A stretch of 64,000 nt of DNA from contig NC_045697.1 in the NCBI RefSeq assembly GCF_009834535.1, positions 40,302,001-40,366,000 on the forward strand, written 5' to 3'. The DNA is from Camelus ferus (Eukaryota). Position numbers and translations under genes: made by a program. Of this stretch, positions 52,618 to 64,000 are shown in pieces (positions within the stretch are counted from its first letter, which is position 1; every line of letters starts with the position of its first letter). The notes under the pieces were generated by a model. That model saw only the letters and a list, made by a program, of their open reading frames with translations. It was not told where the DNA came from and ran no database searches.

Positions 52618-54081
52618 CTAGTCACCATCGCTCTCACTCGAACTGCCACTGTCAGATGATTCACTACTGTCGTGCCTTTTAGGGGGCCGAGCCCTCCTAC
52701 TGTAATGGGGTCTTCTGTAACCCCAGGACCCTTTCCTTTGGGGCATACCCTTATTCCACGTAGAATTACTTTCTCTGTGGGGTACATAGTGATTTTTCCT
52801 GCTGTGTGTTATGGTCCCCTCATTATTGCGGCCATTATGGGAACCTATTTCATTTTTAAAGTCATTGTCAAAACCAGGAGAAGGAATGAGCCGGCCCTGA
52901 CCTTTGCCCTTACTTGGAAATGTTTGTTCTTCATTTGAAGTCACTTGCTTCCTATTGAAATGGTCTGTGCCTTTTCTGCTACTACCTTTGCCATTTTTGG
53001 GAATTTCATTATAATTCGTACTTTCAGCCCCATTGCTACTGCCATCTTTTCTTTTGTCTTTTGAGGGTGTGTGAGGGTAATGAAACTCTATTTTCCCTTG
53101 ATGAACACTTTGGCTGCCGCCATCCACTCTGTTTCCTTCTTTTCCAGGGAGTTTCTTAAAATCGGTGCTACCTATGATGTCGTTGCTGCCCTCCACTAGG
53201 CTTACATCACCGGCATTTGCCTCTTTGGCTGTTTCATCCCTGGTTCCAATCGTATTCCTGCCATTTCCTTCCTTCTCCGGGATCTCATTGTAACCTGGTC
53301 CTCTTGCATCGGGGGTGATGGTCTCGACTTCACTTGGGCTGGAAAACTCTGTTTGACTCTCTGCATCTTCCCGGTCAGGACCAATAGCTTCTCCTTTACC
53401 AGAAATGTCCTTAAAAGGTGGACCATCTCCACTGAAAGGAGCGATATCATTGTCCCCCCTTCCTTGAAGATCTGGGTAACCACTGCCTTCAAAGTCACTG
53501 GGTACTTTTTTGACTTTGGGGGGCTGTTTTAGATAGTCCATGTGGTGCTGGACATGGTGGGCACTTCTGCTTTTCACTAGAGTGTTCTGGGCTCGGGAAT
53601 CACTTTGATGGTTCTTCTTAATTTTTGAGGGGGCCTTAGCATAGTTTACAGCTGTTGGAATCTTGCTTAGAACATTCTTGGGTTTGTTCTTGTTTTCTTC
53701 CAAGAGTTCAGTCACAGCCCCCGGCTCCACTGCGTGTTGCATGCTATTTCGGATGAGCGCTGGGCCGTATTCCTCTTGGTCATGAAGTTTGCTGACAGCA
53801 CTGTGTCCCCCCTCAGCCCTGTGATTCCCAGTCAGTTCAGGGTAAGTGGACATCTTTAGGTCACTGTGGGCGTTTTCTTTGTTACTAATACTGTAGTCTT
53901 CATTCGTGGTCGGTCTGTTTTCAAAAAGATTTGGGGGTTTAGTGCTTTTGTTAATTTCATTGGCTCCAAGAAGGGACAAGGCTTTCTCGTTTTCCTGGAC
54001 AGTGTTTTCTCTAGGGGCAGGCTCTTGGTGTCTCTTGCCGGAACGGTGAAGAGCAGTATTGTCTTTGTTCTTTCCTTCCTG
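52618..54081 (-). CDS. MEPE: MEPE last coding exon (487 codons + TAG): QEGKNKDNTALHRSGKRHQE...SGYPDLQGRGDNDIAPFSGDG...RHDSSESSDSGSSSESDGD*
   Basis: ORF 52618..53979 extends 34 codons upstream in frame to the acceptor ccctttag|CAG (AG at 54083-54082). The protein resembles human MEPE throughout (KLHDQEEYG, PSDFEGSGY, GYNEIP, VSLVEGSNDI, C-terminal ASARM). Confidence 0.98.
   Translation of the reverse strand, partial: QEGKNKDNTALHRSGKRHQEPAPRENTVQENEKALSLLGANEINKSTKPPNLFENRPTTNEDYSISNKENAHSDLKMSTYPELTGNHRAEGGHSAVSKLHDQEEYGPALIRNSMQHAVEPGAVTELLEENKNKPKNVLSKIPTAVNYAKAPSKIKKNHQSDSRAQNTLVKSRSAHHVQHHMDYLKQPPKVKKVPSDFEGSGYPDLQGRGDNDIAPFSGDGPPFKDISGKGEAIGPDREDAESQTEFSSPSEVETITPDARGPGYNEIPEKEGNGRNTIGTRDETAKEANAGDVSLVEGSNDIIGSTDFKKLPGKEGNRVDGGSQSVHQGKIEFHYPHTPSKDKRKDGSSNGAESTNYNEIPKNGKGSSRKGTDHFNRKQVTSNEEQTFPSKGKGQGRLIPSPGFDNDFKNEIGSHNGRNNEGTITHSRKNHYVPHRESNSTWNKGMPQRKGSWGYRRPHYSRRARPPKRHDSSESSDSGSSSESDGD
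52621..52677 (-). other. MEPE: MEPE C-terminal ASARM peptide RHDSSESSDSGSSSESDGD
   Basis: Acidic Ser/Asp-rich 19-mer immediately before the stop codon. Confidence 0.95.
53422..53460 (-). other. MEPE: MEPE dentonin core: RGD integrin-binding motif (53460-53452) and SGDG glycosaminoglycan motif (53433-53422)
   Basis: In-frame AGG GGG GAC ... AGT GGA GAT GGT. Confidence 0.95.
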
Positions 54082-54867
54082 CTAAAGGGTAATTTTCAAC
54101 ATAAAGTGACTCTTTTATGTTAAATTTTTTAAGTCTAATAATTCTTAGGCAATAATAGTACTTTAAATAAAACCACAAGATACTTAATAAAAAGAGACCA
54201 TTAACTCAATAGAGGTTTGTTGGTAGAGATAATTCTGAATGGCCAAAGCAGGTTTCATGGAAAAAGAAGAACGAGCAAGGCTGGAAAGATGGGTAAGATT
54301 CCAGTGCATGAAAGGGGAGTGGTGAGAACATCTTAAGAATAAGTGGCATATTCAAATGTTTGGAAACAAGAAACGTTTGAAAGATAACATGAATAAAGCT
54401 GTGAGGTTGGAATAGAAAAATCCTAAAGAAGAGAATAAGAAATAAATTTGGAAATGCAGATTTTGAAGGACGACCTGAATTTAAGGAGGATGAGTGTGGT
54501 CCTTATGTTGTAACTGGGGAGTCATTGCAGGTGAAATGGAATTCATCTTTCAAACATAATTATTCTCTCTCTCATTCTCTCTCCCTCCCCCTATGCTCTC
54601 TCTTTGCTTTGCCCTGGTCTTCAAAGGTATAAATCTTTTCATTTCTTCTCCCTCCCTCCCTTCCTTCCTTTCTCTCTCTCTCTCTCTTTCTTCTTTTTAA
54701 ATAGAAACTATCCAAATAGAAGAGTCTAGGTGATATTCAGCTTCTGTCATTCAAACAAAGGATTCTGCAACAACTGTTGGTGACCCAAGCTACTGTCTGA
54801 AAAAGGACTCATTCATTTCATTTTCTTCCTCTTTTATCATGTAATAAACCAAATTTGACTGTCTAGA

Positions 54868-55055
54868 TCAATAGGACCTCAAAATGTAGCATCATCAGAA
54901 CTATTTGGAAGGCTTACTAAAACAAAGATTGTTGGATCCAACGGCCAGAGTGTCTGATGCATAGGCTGGGAGCGTGGTCCAGAATTTGCATTCGTGACAA
55001 GTTCCCAAATGAGGTTGAGTCTGCTGGTCTGTAGACCACACTCTGAGAACTTCTC
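54868..55055. mobile_element. MER5A hAT-Charlie DNA transposon (MEPE intron)
   Basis: catcagaa...cagaatttgcatt...acaagttccca...ctgctggtct..gaccacactctgagaac. Confidence 0.8.
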
Positions 55056-58000
55056 TTTGTGATCATAAGTGTAAGTAAGGGAGGTCCAGACAAGAAAAGT
55101 CCCTGAGAGAATAATGGGAAGAGAAAGGGAACATGGAGAAGAAGAGTAAGTGTCTACGTTTGTATCTCAATTTGTCCATCTTTTGGGGGGAAGGTCTGTA
55201 CAGGTGATGTCACAGGCTGCGCCTTGCCAACCTGAGGTGCAGCCCAGGTGCAAGACGCTTGAACAATGTGGTTGAGAAGAAAGAGGGGCTGAGACTGATT
55301 TTTCCCGTGCTGCTCACTGTTCCTCTGCACAGGCTGGATGTGGAAGCATATGAGAGTGGTTGGGAGCTTTCCAGGGAGTGTCACTGTGGAGGGAGTGAGG
55401 TGGCTCTAAAAGGAGATGTAGATGAAGTGTGTACACTTGGGACAAATGTGAGTCATACTCAAAGAGGCGTCTAATTTGGCATGAGAGCCAAGAGAGGCTG
55501 AATCATCAATAGGTCCCAACCAAGACTGTACTGTTTGGTCCTAAGCTATGGTAGCCAGCAACTTCATCTTAGGGTACCAGCGGGCCAGCAGCACACAAGT
55601 GGTCAAGCAGCGTTGCCCTATGCGTGTCTGAGGATTCCATGTCTTCCTGTGCGCTATGGCGTAAGCCATGTTTGTACACGTGGTATGTGATCTGTAGGGG
55701 ATGGTGTAAGCCATACCCTACTCCCTCTTAGGTGTGCATGCCAGCTTAGAGGGACAAGGGAGGAGAGTGAGGATCCAAGCATTTTTATCCCAGAGAGACT
55801 GAAGGATTAACTTAAAGAACTACTTCAATGATTAGATAACCTCAAGTTTACACAGGTTGAATTTAAATTAATTTCTGCATGCTCCCTCCCCCTTCCATTG
55901 ACCCATGGGGAGGAGCTCTTGAGCAACAGAACAATTATAAACAGAATCATAGTTTCTCTCCACCTCAGACTTGTTGGGTGAGCTAAAATTTACACCACCA
56001 CTACAGAAGCCTTTGAACTAAAATCAAAATAAGATATTTATCGAGGGATCAGCACATGTGAGAAGCTGGGCTGGGTGCTACATGGTCTAAGGAATCCCTG
56101 ATGACTTCTTGAATGGCAGAGGTTAACAGTTCTGCAGGGGTGTGGAGGGTAAGGGTGAGGTGGTGGGGCAGAGACCTCATATTTAATCAGGGTTTGCACA
56201 GATTTACACAGTGTCAGGGATTCGTAGAACCTGGGATTCCAGAGATAAGAATTTGATTTTATTTTGCAGGGGATGAAGGGCTAGTGAAGGTGCATAAGCA
56301 AGAGAGTAACAAAATAAAAGTCAGAGGTTTAGGAGAAATTGTGGTGAGAAAGAACAGTTTGGAGGATGCTGCAGGTCCAGGAATGAGCTGTAATCACTTA
56401 GATTAGGATTACGCCAAAGAAAAACGTTACAAAGAAAAACCTCCTACTGGTGTCCAAATAAAAGAAGGGTTAATAACTAGAATGTTGACATGCAAAAATG
56501 AAGACAAGAGAAAAAGGTAACTTTAATATTAGCCACATTGATGTTGAGATGATATGGAACCTGAGAACTGGGTATATCAGTGAGAGACAGAGCTGGGTGT
56601 CCAGCCTCCCCGCCTGCATCCTTCCCAGTTTCTACGACCTGTGGTCAACTGGCCTGTCCTTGAACATATTAAGTGCTAATTGCTTGTTAATTTTCAGGTC
56701 AGATCTTTTCATTTATGGTTATTCTAATTTTTAAAAAGCTTTTTAAAACCTTCAACTAGTAACTAGTACCCCTTTTTTCCCGAAGCAACAATTCTTAAGG
56801 TTATTTCTTCTTTCATAGGCCACCCTTCTAGGAAAGTTCAGTTTTCCTCCCTACTCACCGGGGACCCACTGGAGGTTTCTCTTCCCCAGGCTGACACGTG
56901 CAGAGCTGTCTTAGGAGGTCGCTAGACCTCAGACCCACCCCAATGGGAGGACCGTCTACTTGGCGGATTCCTCACTTTTAATATACTTGCTTCACTGATG
57001 GAAGCACCTGGGAACTGCTGAGTCAGCTTACACTTGACTCTCAAGATAAAAATGGTTTACAGAAGTGTCCTCTATTCTTATGAAGCTGGCTAACACACAG
57101 CACACAAAAGTTCCAACGTGTAGTGTTTTTAGGATGTAATTTGAAATAACTTATTTGGGAAGATTTACCATTATTCACTAACCTTTTATATTGGCAGGTA
57201 TATTCTGAAAATAGGTAAGACTTTCCTCATGAGGAAAAATAAAATAGAAAAGAACTCCATAATAAGTCATTTCTGAATAAAAAGGATTTAAAATATTTGA
57301 CTTACTTTGAAACGTTAAATCTTGGAAAGTTTTCATGGGCATTTGTGTTTTCCTTTGCAGCCAAGTTCATTTGCTCACGGCTAATGTGCACTTTTGAGTT
57401 AAACAGGTGCACTATAATAATCTCTTCTTAATTTTTTCCCCTTCCTTTTCTGAAGCAGGACATTTTGTTTTATATTTGGTGCTTTTACTGCCTTTAAAAC
57501 AGTAGCCTGTATGCTAGTAATCTGTGTGCATTTCTTTAAAGACAGAATAGAGTTCTTTTAGAAATAAAAGCATGAAACAGCTTTCAAGTTGTGGCATGTG
57601 ATGGTCAGTCATTTCTGCATTTGCTTCTGCCGCATGACTTCTGATCGCACTGTTGACTCTATGACGGTTTTAGCGTCAGCGTATCTCTTGGCTGGTCTGC
57701 TGTCCTGTCTCTGTGCCTTGGTTCGTATTATTCTTTTCATGGCCTCTCTCACACAATTGTTTGCTCAAATCCTACTCATCCTTCAAGGCCCAGCTCAGTT
57801 ATTCCCATTCTGTAGCTTTCCCTGAACACCAGACTAGGAACTAGTCTTTTCTACCCCAAGCCCTAAAGCATGATTCTTTGGGTACAACTCACAGGGCACT
57901 TTGCACATGCTGTCTCGGATTTAGTAATTTTTGTAAGTGCCTTTTGTTTCTTTTCTAACTCTAAAATCCTGGAGGGAAAGAGTTAAGTTTTCACAATCAT

Positions 58001-58764
58001 TTTATCACACATAATATCTTGTACCATAGGAAGAGCTCAGCAGATATTTAAAGAAGTTTAAAAGGCAATTAGTCTTGGAGATGCTAAATCACAGAGATAC
58101 AGCTGAAGAATTCTGAGCAGAACAAAATAACCTTCTGAAGGGAAACTACTACTTCCCTGGGAAATGAAGCCAGATTTGGAGAAAGTAAATGGTCTTTTTG
58201 CTGATGGCATTTTAAACTGTTTCTAGCTCTTTGGCCAGTGAATCTGCAAGAAGGGACCGAGTGAAAAGAACTATTGTTTTTTTCCAGTGACAAAGTCCCA
58301 GTTCTTTCTCCCCCAAGGATCCTGACACAGATGGAGTCAGCTGAGGAGTGAATTTAAGGGACACTAACATGTCACGTTTTAGGCCAAAAAGACTTCCTTC
58401 TAATCCCCCAGCCCCTCATTAGAGTATATGGTAAATTATGTCCAGAACACCTTCTTATAAAAGATCAAACTTTACTCAGAAGCGATAACATGAAAAACTC
58501 ACGGGTGTCTGGGACCCGCCAGTACCACACCTGCCATGGGAGGTCCCGAAGCGGGCAGGATTGGGGCCAGGGCATGTGGTGGCCCATCTGTGTCAGCAAG
58601 ACTCAGGGACTCTGGGGAGCCTGGAACCGTCGGGGAAGAACAAAGGCACCAGCCACAGACAGAAACCCCAGAGCAGGCGAAAGTAAGCTTTGTCTCCCCT
58701 TCAGTTTCTCCCAGTGTTAGTCCAGAGTTTGGCTCATGTTAAGAATCACCAGGATTCAGCTTAC

Positions 58765-58857
58765 CTTCATGTCAGTTTGATTTTTCCTCCCAGGTGATGT
58801 GTAAACATACTTAAACATATAATACCCATGTTTCTCATGGTGGCCTTTGTACGTTAT
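58765..58857 (-). CDS. MEPE: MEPE internal 93-nt exon, ITYKGHHEKHGYYMFKYVYTSPGRKNQTDMK (probably alternatively spliced)
   Basis: Acceptor tgttgtattttgtag, donor AAG|gtaagc, phase 0/0 and no stop. It resembles the 31-aa exon of the longer mammalian MEPE isoform (recalled). Confidence 0.85.
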
Positions 58858-59814
58858 CTACAAAATACAACATTATATTAAGATGGGTTTATATCTTACT
58901 AGGATGCTTTCTGGTTCTCTTTTCAAAACAACAAGGTATTTTTCACTTGGGTTAAGTCTGCTTCTGCATCTGACAAGTGGTAGTACTTCCAGTAACCACA
59001 GGAGGGCGTGTGTCAGCCAGCTCCTGAAGAGAGCGGCCGGTTCCTTTCTTTTCTGCCGATCCCTAAATCAGTTTTCCTTGAGGATGGTTGTCAATCGCTC
59101 TCTCCCCCAGGGTGTATCAGTTTTTTAAACCAAATTTCAACAGAAATAGAGCACTCAGAAGTATTTTCAAGTGGGAGGAGACAGGGCATTAGGAGAAAGG
59201 CAGAGTTTGCAGTATTCATGCTGAATGTCAAACAGGCAAAACTCACAGCATGAACATTCAGGCTCTTAAGCTTGCAGTTTTCTCCTTTGTAATTTTCAGC
59301 TGAGATAGAGAACAGAAGATTGTTAGTTTTTGGAGCAGAATTTTCTGAGACTGCCAGAAGAAACCGTGGTAGGCAGAAGTAAGCTGCAATTTGGTGACAT
59401 GAAAAGCCGAGGGTACGTGTTGAACTCTGGTTGCATACAGAAAGCTAACTCCATGTACACAGAATTCCCCATCGAGACGCGTTGACCCGCTTCCCTTTCG
59501 TTTTCTCCCTCATTTACCGCTTTGTTCTCACGTGCACATGTGGGAGAATATTGTTGGCCAAGAACAATCTCCCAGAAGTTTCACTCATCCCTCTAAAGGG
59601 AGAAATCGTAGCGAAGAGAAACAGGTTTCCATTTGGAAGTGTTTTCTCTTTTCTATCACCTTGGGGGAATTCAGGTGCCAAAATTGTGTGGTGTGATTTT
59701 TCCATTTCCACCCCAGGGACACAAGAATATTTTGACAGTTAAAATTTTCCTCGTATTGACTTTTCTCTTTACAGAGTGGAAAGGGGTTTATTTGAGAAGA
59801 ATAATTCTGTTTAC

Positions 59815-59868
59815 CCTCTGTTCTTCCACACAGTCTTGCTTAGTTTTCTCCCCCTGTGGTTGAAATGT
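59815..59868 (-). CDS. MEPE: MEPE 54-nt exon, TFQPQGEKTKQDCVEEQR (follows the signal-peptide exon)
   Basis: Acceptor gtttcctttcag, donor AGG|gtaaac, phase 0/0. Matches human TFQPQTEKTKQSCVEEQR. Confidence 0.95.
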
Positions 59869-61374
59869 CTGAAAGGAAACAAGAAATAAAACTTTACCCG
59901 ACATTTCTTCTTTCATTCATTTCTTCAAACAATAAATGTTTCATTTATTTATTTTTTTCTCACTGGGCTGTATTATTCCATGTGGAACATCATTCTGACC
60001 AAACGAAGATGGACACACTCCCCATGTTTGTTTCAGTATGGAAGGAGGATGCCTGCGTCTCCCTACCCCCCTAAACACACCCACAGAGGGAGACAATGCC
60101 GTCTCCACTACAGAACCACATTCAGGTGCAGGGGTTGGGAGGGGTGGCGCGCCATGTGCAAACGCTTGGATGTCACTGGTATCTGTTGAAGACGAAGTTT
60201 TCCCTGGTACACTGGGTGTTGTTAGTATCAGTGAACCAAAATCAGAGTTTGGTGATGGGGATTGTATGTGCATTGATTGTGGAAACCCAGTAACTACTAT
60301 ATGAGTAAAGGTATGATGCTGCTGATAGTCCAGCAAGAGTAACAGCGTAGCCCTGAACCTAAGGGAAAGAACACACCTAAGGATGGGACTTTATTGCTGC
60401 TAGTCACCTGGGCAGGTGTGTCTTTCAGGGAAAGGGAAAACGGGGTGGCTTGCAGATTGGGACAAACTCTTTCTCTTGATTAGACAAGAAAGTGTCCGAG
60501 TATCTTGAGGGTAAGTGGCTGGCGATGAGAGTCAGCCATTGAGGTGGAGAAAGACCAGAAACTAAAAGTGAATAGGCACAGCTTTGTCCCAGGCTTCGGG
60601 GATAAAACTGAGGTATCACAGGAGAGCATGCACAGAAGAGGACCTGCAGACCCCGGAGCAAGACTGCCACGGCAGGAGTAGACATGACAGCCCTTTCTTC
60701 TCAGTATTTTTATTTCCTTATTTATTTTTGAAACTCCTAGGTTATCTCAAATTTGACAAGAGGAACCAATGGGCGGCACTGGCTGAGTCTGAATGCCTGT
60801 GCTCAAGCAGATCAGGCAGCCTGGCGGAACTGGTAAGACGGGAAAGAGACTTCCTCAAGGGAAAGATGAAATAAAAGGGCTCTGTCAACCTGGAGGGGAG
60901 GTATTCAGCTTGAGGAAACCTTCAAGTTCTGCATTTCCTTGCAATAAGGTGTTGGTAATTAGCCTGCTTGCTTTCAGATACTGGGCTCCCTGGGCTGGAT
61001 GACCCCTACAAAACACGTTCCCCAAGCTCCCTGGCTATCTGGCTTCAGTCTGGGTTTGGCGTGGGAGGCGTGGCCTGAGACTGGAGCGTGGAAGGAGAGA
61101 GAAGCCCAGGTTCGTCCTTCCCTGCTCTCTCGATTGGGGGCTGCATCTCTAGAACCAGATGCATCTCCTCTGTGGTCCCACCTCCTGCGGGGCCCCTCCC
61201 CCCACCCAGGGCACTGAGAACATCACCTCCTTCTTTGTTCCCATCACCCAAGTGGTGGGAGCAGTTTAAATATCTGGGTTGCTTCACCACCCCTGATTTG
61301 TTCTTTCTGTTTGTCCTGTGCTTTACAACTATTCTCCAAGTCAAATCCCTCTGCTAAACTTCCTATCATGGATT

Positions 61375-61490
61375 TTGGTTTTTTTGTTTGTTTTTTGTTT
61401 TATTTTTTTTAACCAGAGGTACTGGGGATTGAACCCAGGACCTCGTGCATACTAAGAATGCACTCTACCACTGAGCTATACCCTCCCCCC
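61375..61490 (-). mobile_element. tRNA-derived SINE (Vic-1-like, camelid) with an A-rich tail, in a MEPE intron
   Basis: Minus strand reads GGGGGGAGGGTATAGCTCAGTGGTAGAGTGCATTCTTAGTATGCACGAGGTCCTGGGTTCAATCCCCAGTACCTC + A-tail, with intact A box (TAGCTCAGTGG) and B box (GGTTCAATCCC). Confidence 0.85.
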
Positions 61491-63127
61491 TTGTTTTCCT
61501 GACTGATAAAAAAAAATCGTCTTAGAAATAAACTCAAAACTTTAATAAAAGCACCCTTTTGGCTGGGCTTCCAGGCAGATTTGCCTAACATTCCATTCAA
61601 TTCTAGAAACAAAAATAGCTTGTCAAGAACACCTTATATTTATAAAGCACATTACAGTTTGTAAACTGCTTTCGTATACATAGTCTCATGTGATTGCCAG
61701 CAATAACCCCTGTGAGATGGGCAGTGGAAGAAGCAAAACTACCTACACTTAAGTATCTTTCTGAATTCTTATTTTGTGGTTGGCTTTATTCCTTTGATAA
61801 CTATGTAAGTTTAAAAAGCTAAAGTTCTCAATGTTCTTAGAAACAATGAACAGCACATAGATGTAAACTTAAAAAATATGTGCAGTATATTGTGCATATA
61901 TATTTACAAGCAATATATTGTATATGTGCAGTCAAATTGTAACAATTCTACCTAATAAAACTGAAAAAAGAAAAGAAAAAAATTTTTTTTGTATTCAGAA
62001 AAAAAGTTACCTATACTTATATGGCTGGCAGTAGCTTTAATAGAAGTAAAGGAGATATTTTAACCTAAATCCTCTGCCTCAAAGTCCCAGATTAAAAGAA
62101 TACATTTTTAAATGCCCTGCTATATGAAAAAAAATTTAATAATGAGAGGAAATGCTCCTGAAGTTTACATTAAGTACCTTCAAGGCATATTTTTTGTTGC
62201 AAATTATTTACTGTGTTTAATAAACATTCCAGTGCAAATGTGCTAAACACATAAGTATAACAAAGGTGTAATCATTAGGTTCAATGCCAAGCACTATTTA
62301 AATCCACTGATTAAATCTATTTGATGATAGTAAACCTGTTTTGTTTGTTTGTTTAAGAATGAAACACTGGTTCCAGAAATTTTAATCAGTGGTAAATTTT
62401 ATAAATATACAAATATTTAAACATAGTTTTGTGTGATACATTTCAAGTCTTCACTTACAGCTTTTCATTTATTTCTTTGCTTTTGCTTTGTAACAGGTCT
62501 CTTTGACAAAAGATGTTTTGAAAGATTGTATTTTATAGAATGTGAGATATGAAATGAACTATAAACCATTAAGCTTTCCATTACTTCCACTATAAAAAAA
62601 AATCCAGAATTTTTCCTAACATCAAAACCAAGAATATGACTTTGCTTTTTTCCAATTTTACAACATTTTTTCCCTAAGAGCGCATTTTATAATTCTCTCC
62701 TTTACTGTCTCTCTGCTTATGTTAGTTCTTACATGATCTTGCGCATATAAATTTAGATCATTGCATCATTCCTCAAAAATATCAAAACAGTTAAAATAGT
62801 TCTGGAAATGGGGCTACAGGAAAGAGAAAACGTAAAATTGAGATGGGTAGATACTAAGCAAAAAAAAAAAAAAAAAAAAAATGCCAGTTTGAGGTATTCA
62901 GTGTCTTCTTACAGAACACACACACAAAGTGTATTAAGAACATACCTGATGGTACAGAGTACTTTACTGTAGTTCACGATAATAAATCATGAACTTACAA
63001 CAAAGTAACTTACAACAAAGTCTTTATAGTCTAATTGCATATTGATGAATATTAATTGAATTTCATGGCCCAACGATCATCTTTTATTTTCTTCCACTTA
63101 AAATTTTGTTTTTGAAGGAAACCACGA

Positions 63128-63307
63128 TGTCACCTTCAAATAGACCTTTTTGACATAAAAATTATTTTGAGCTGAAGGCAGTTGAGAAGTAGGTAAAATT
63201 TGTAATAAAATTTGTATGCTCTTCTCCTATTAATGTCTTTGTTAGTTAATTTTCAAACCCAGCTAGGGGCCCAAAGAGGGTTGAGGAAAACTTCTTCCTC
63301 TCCTACT
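63128..63307 (+). mobile_element. Internally deleted ERV1-type LTR remnant (MER34/MER39-like)
   Basis: ttattttgagctgaaggca, aataaaatttgtatgc, cctattaat, ending cttcttcctctcctac. Confidence 0.5.
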
Positions 63308-64000
63308 GTTTGAATTTGGATTATAATTCCAGAACATAGGTAAGTGACTCAGTATATCGATCATTTCTGATACCACCAATCTACTATTAAATAATACAGA
63401 TAATTGCTCAAATAGAATCTATATCTGGAAGAAAACATATTTAGCCATTCATAATTCCAAATTCGTCTCTGTGTCCTTGCCAAATCTTCTTCATCTGAAA
63501 TCTGCACGCCGCCCCCCCGCTCCCAACCACTTGGTTCTCCCGCCCGTGAACGTGGCCCTGAAATGGAGACTGTATTGTTTCCCTCGGGGGAAGAAGGCTG
63601 GCACCCTCTCTTGACCAGTGGTCACCGGATTGATGTTGACATAGCACGTTTACTGGAAATGGTCGGAGAATGCCACTCCAGCTGTTCTTTGGGACATGTG
63701 GCTCAAAATAGACTCATCCTCAGATGGTGGGATTGAGCTAGGTCAGCAGGACCACTCCATCCTCATCATGCTTAAGCACATGCCTCTGTGGCCCTGAGTG
63801 AGCCAGGCCAGCTCTGTGCTTTGGGATCTGTGCAGCGGTAGATGTCTGTTTTAAGCCGTGCTGAGAGGGGACACACTTTCCTAACTCCAGCTGTCCTCAC
63901 TGGTTGGCCTGGTTCATGCTTGTCAGCAGGCTCCCCAGCTGGTTACCCACTCACTTAAGACCTGTCTGTAAGTTATTCTGACAACAGCATCACCACGTGT

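Noticed and set aside
53977..53979. ORF-track start (TTG) of the 453-aa ORF as the MEPE start codon
   Set aside because: It is an internal Leu. The exon begins at the splice acceptor at 54081, and the true ATG is in an upstream exon not found in the window.
52452..54123. Overlapping/antisense ORFs around the MEPE last exon
   Set aside because: Short shadow frames of the real CDS/UTR with no recognisable products.
57175..57400. Possible extra MEPE exons (22-nt ttttcag...AAG|gttagt near 57183-57204; AAA|gtaagt donor near 57305)
   Set aside because: They frameshift or introduce in-frame stops in the combinations I tried. They are not supportable as coding without RNA data.
61411..61490. Functional tRNA gene
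   Set aside because: It has an A-rich tail and an altered 5' end/acceptor stem, the pattern of a tRNA-derived SINE.
1..64000. CRISPR arrays, operons or other prokaryotic systems
   Set aside because: The sequence is mammalian and contains no repeat-spacer arrays.

Overview
Mammalian genomic DNA, probably camelid: it carries a tRNA-derived SINE resembling camelid Vic-1, and I saw no Alu, Bov-tA/BovB, PRE-1 or CanSINE. The only gene I can support is the 3' part of MEPE (SIBLING/SCPP family) on the minus strand. It comprises a 54-nt exon (59815-59868), a 93-nt phase-0 cassette-type exon (58765-58857), and the large last exon (CDS 52618-54081, with RGD/SGDG dentonin and ASARM motifs) plus its 3'UTR. 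The signal-peptide exon and promoter were not found and probably lie beyond 64000. Positions 1 to ~52000 are intergenic; by conserved SIBLING order this is expected to be the MEPE-SPP1 interval. They are filled with young and old L1 fragments, MaLR/ERVL LTRs, MER DNA transposons, MIR/L2 and microsatellites. I found no convincing new biological system. The most unusual items are retrotransposition signatures: an L1 3' transduction at 287-886, an apparently ancient L1 fragment re-inserted with a perfect 21-bp TSD at 23323-23632, and an L1 3' end inside the MEPE 3'UTR. Several candidate regulatory elements are also noted. Repeat subfamily names are from recall and need RepeatMasker/Dfam confirmation.
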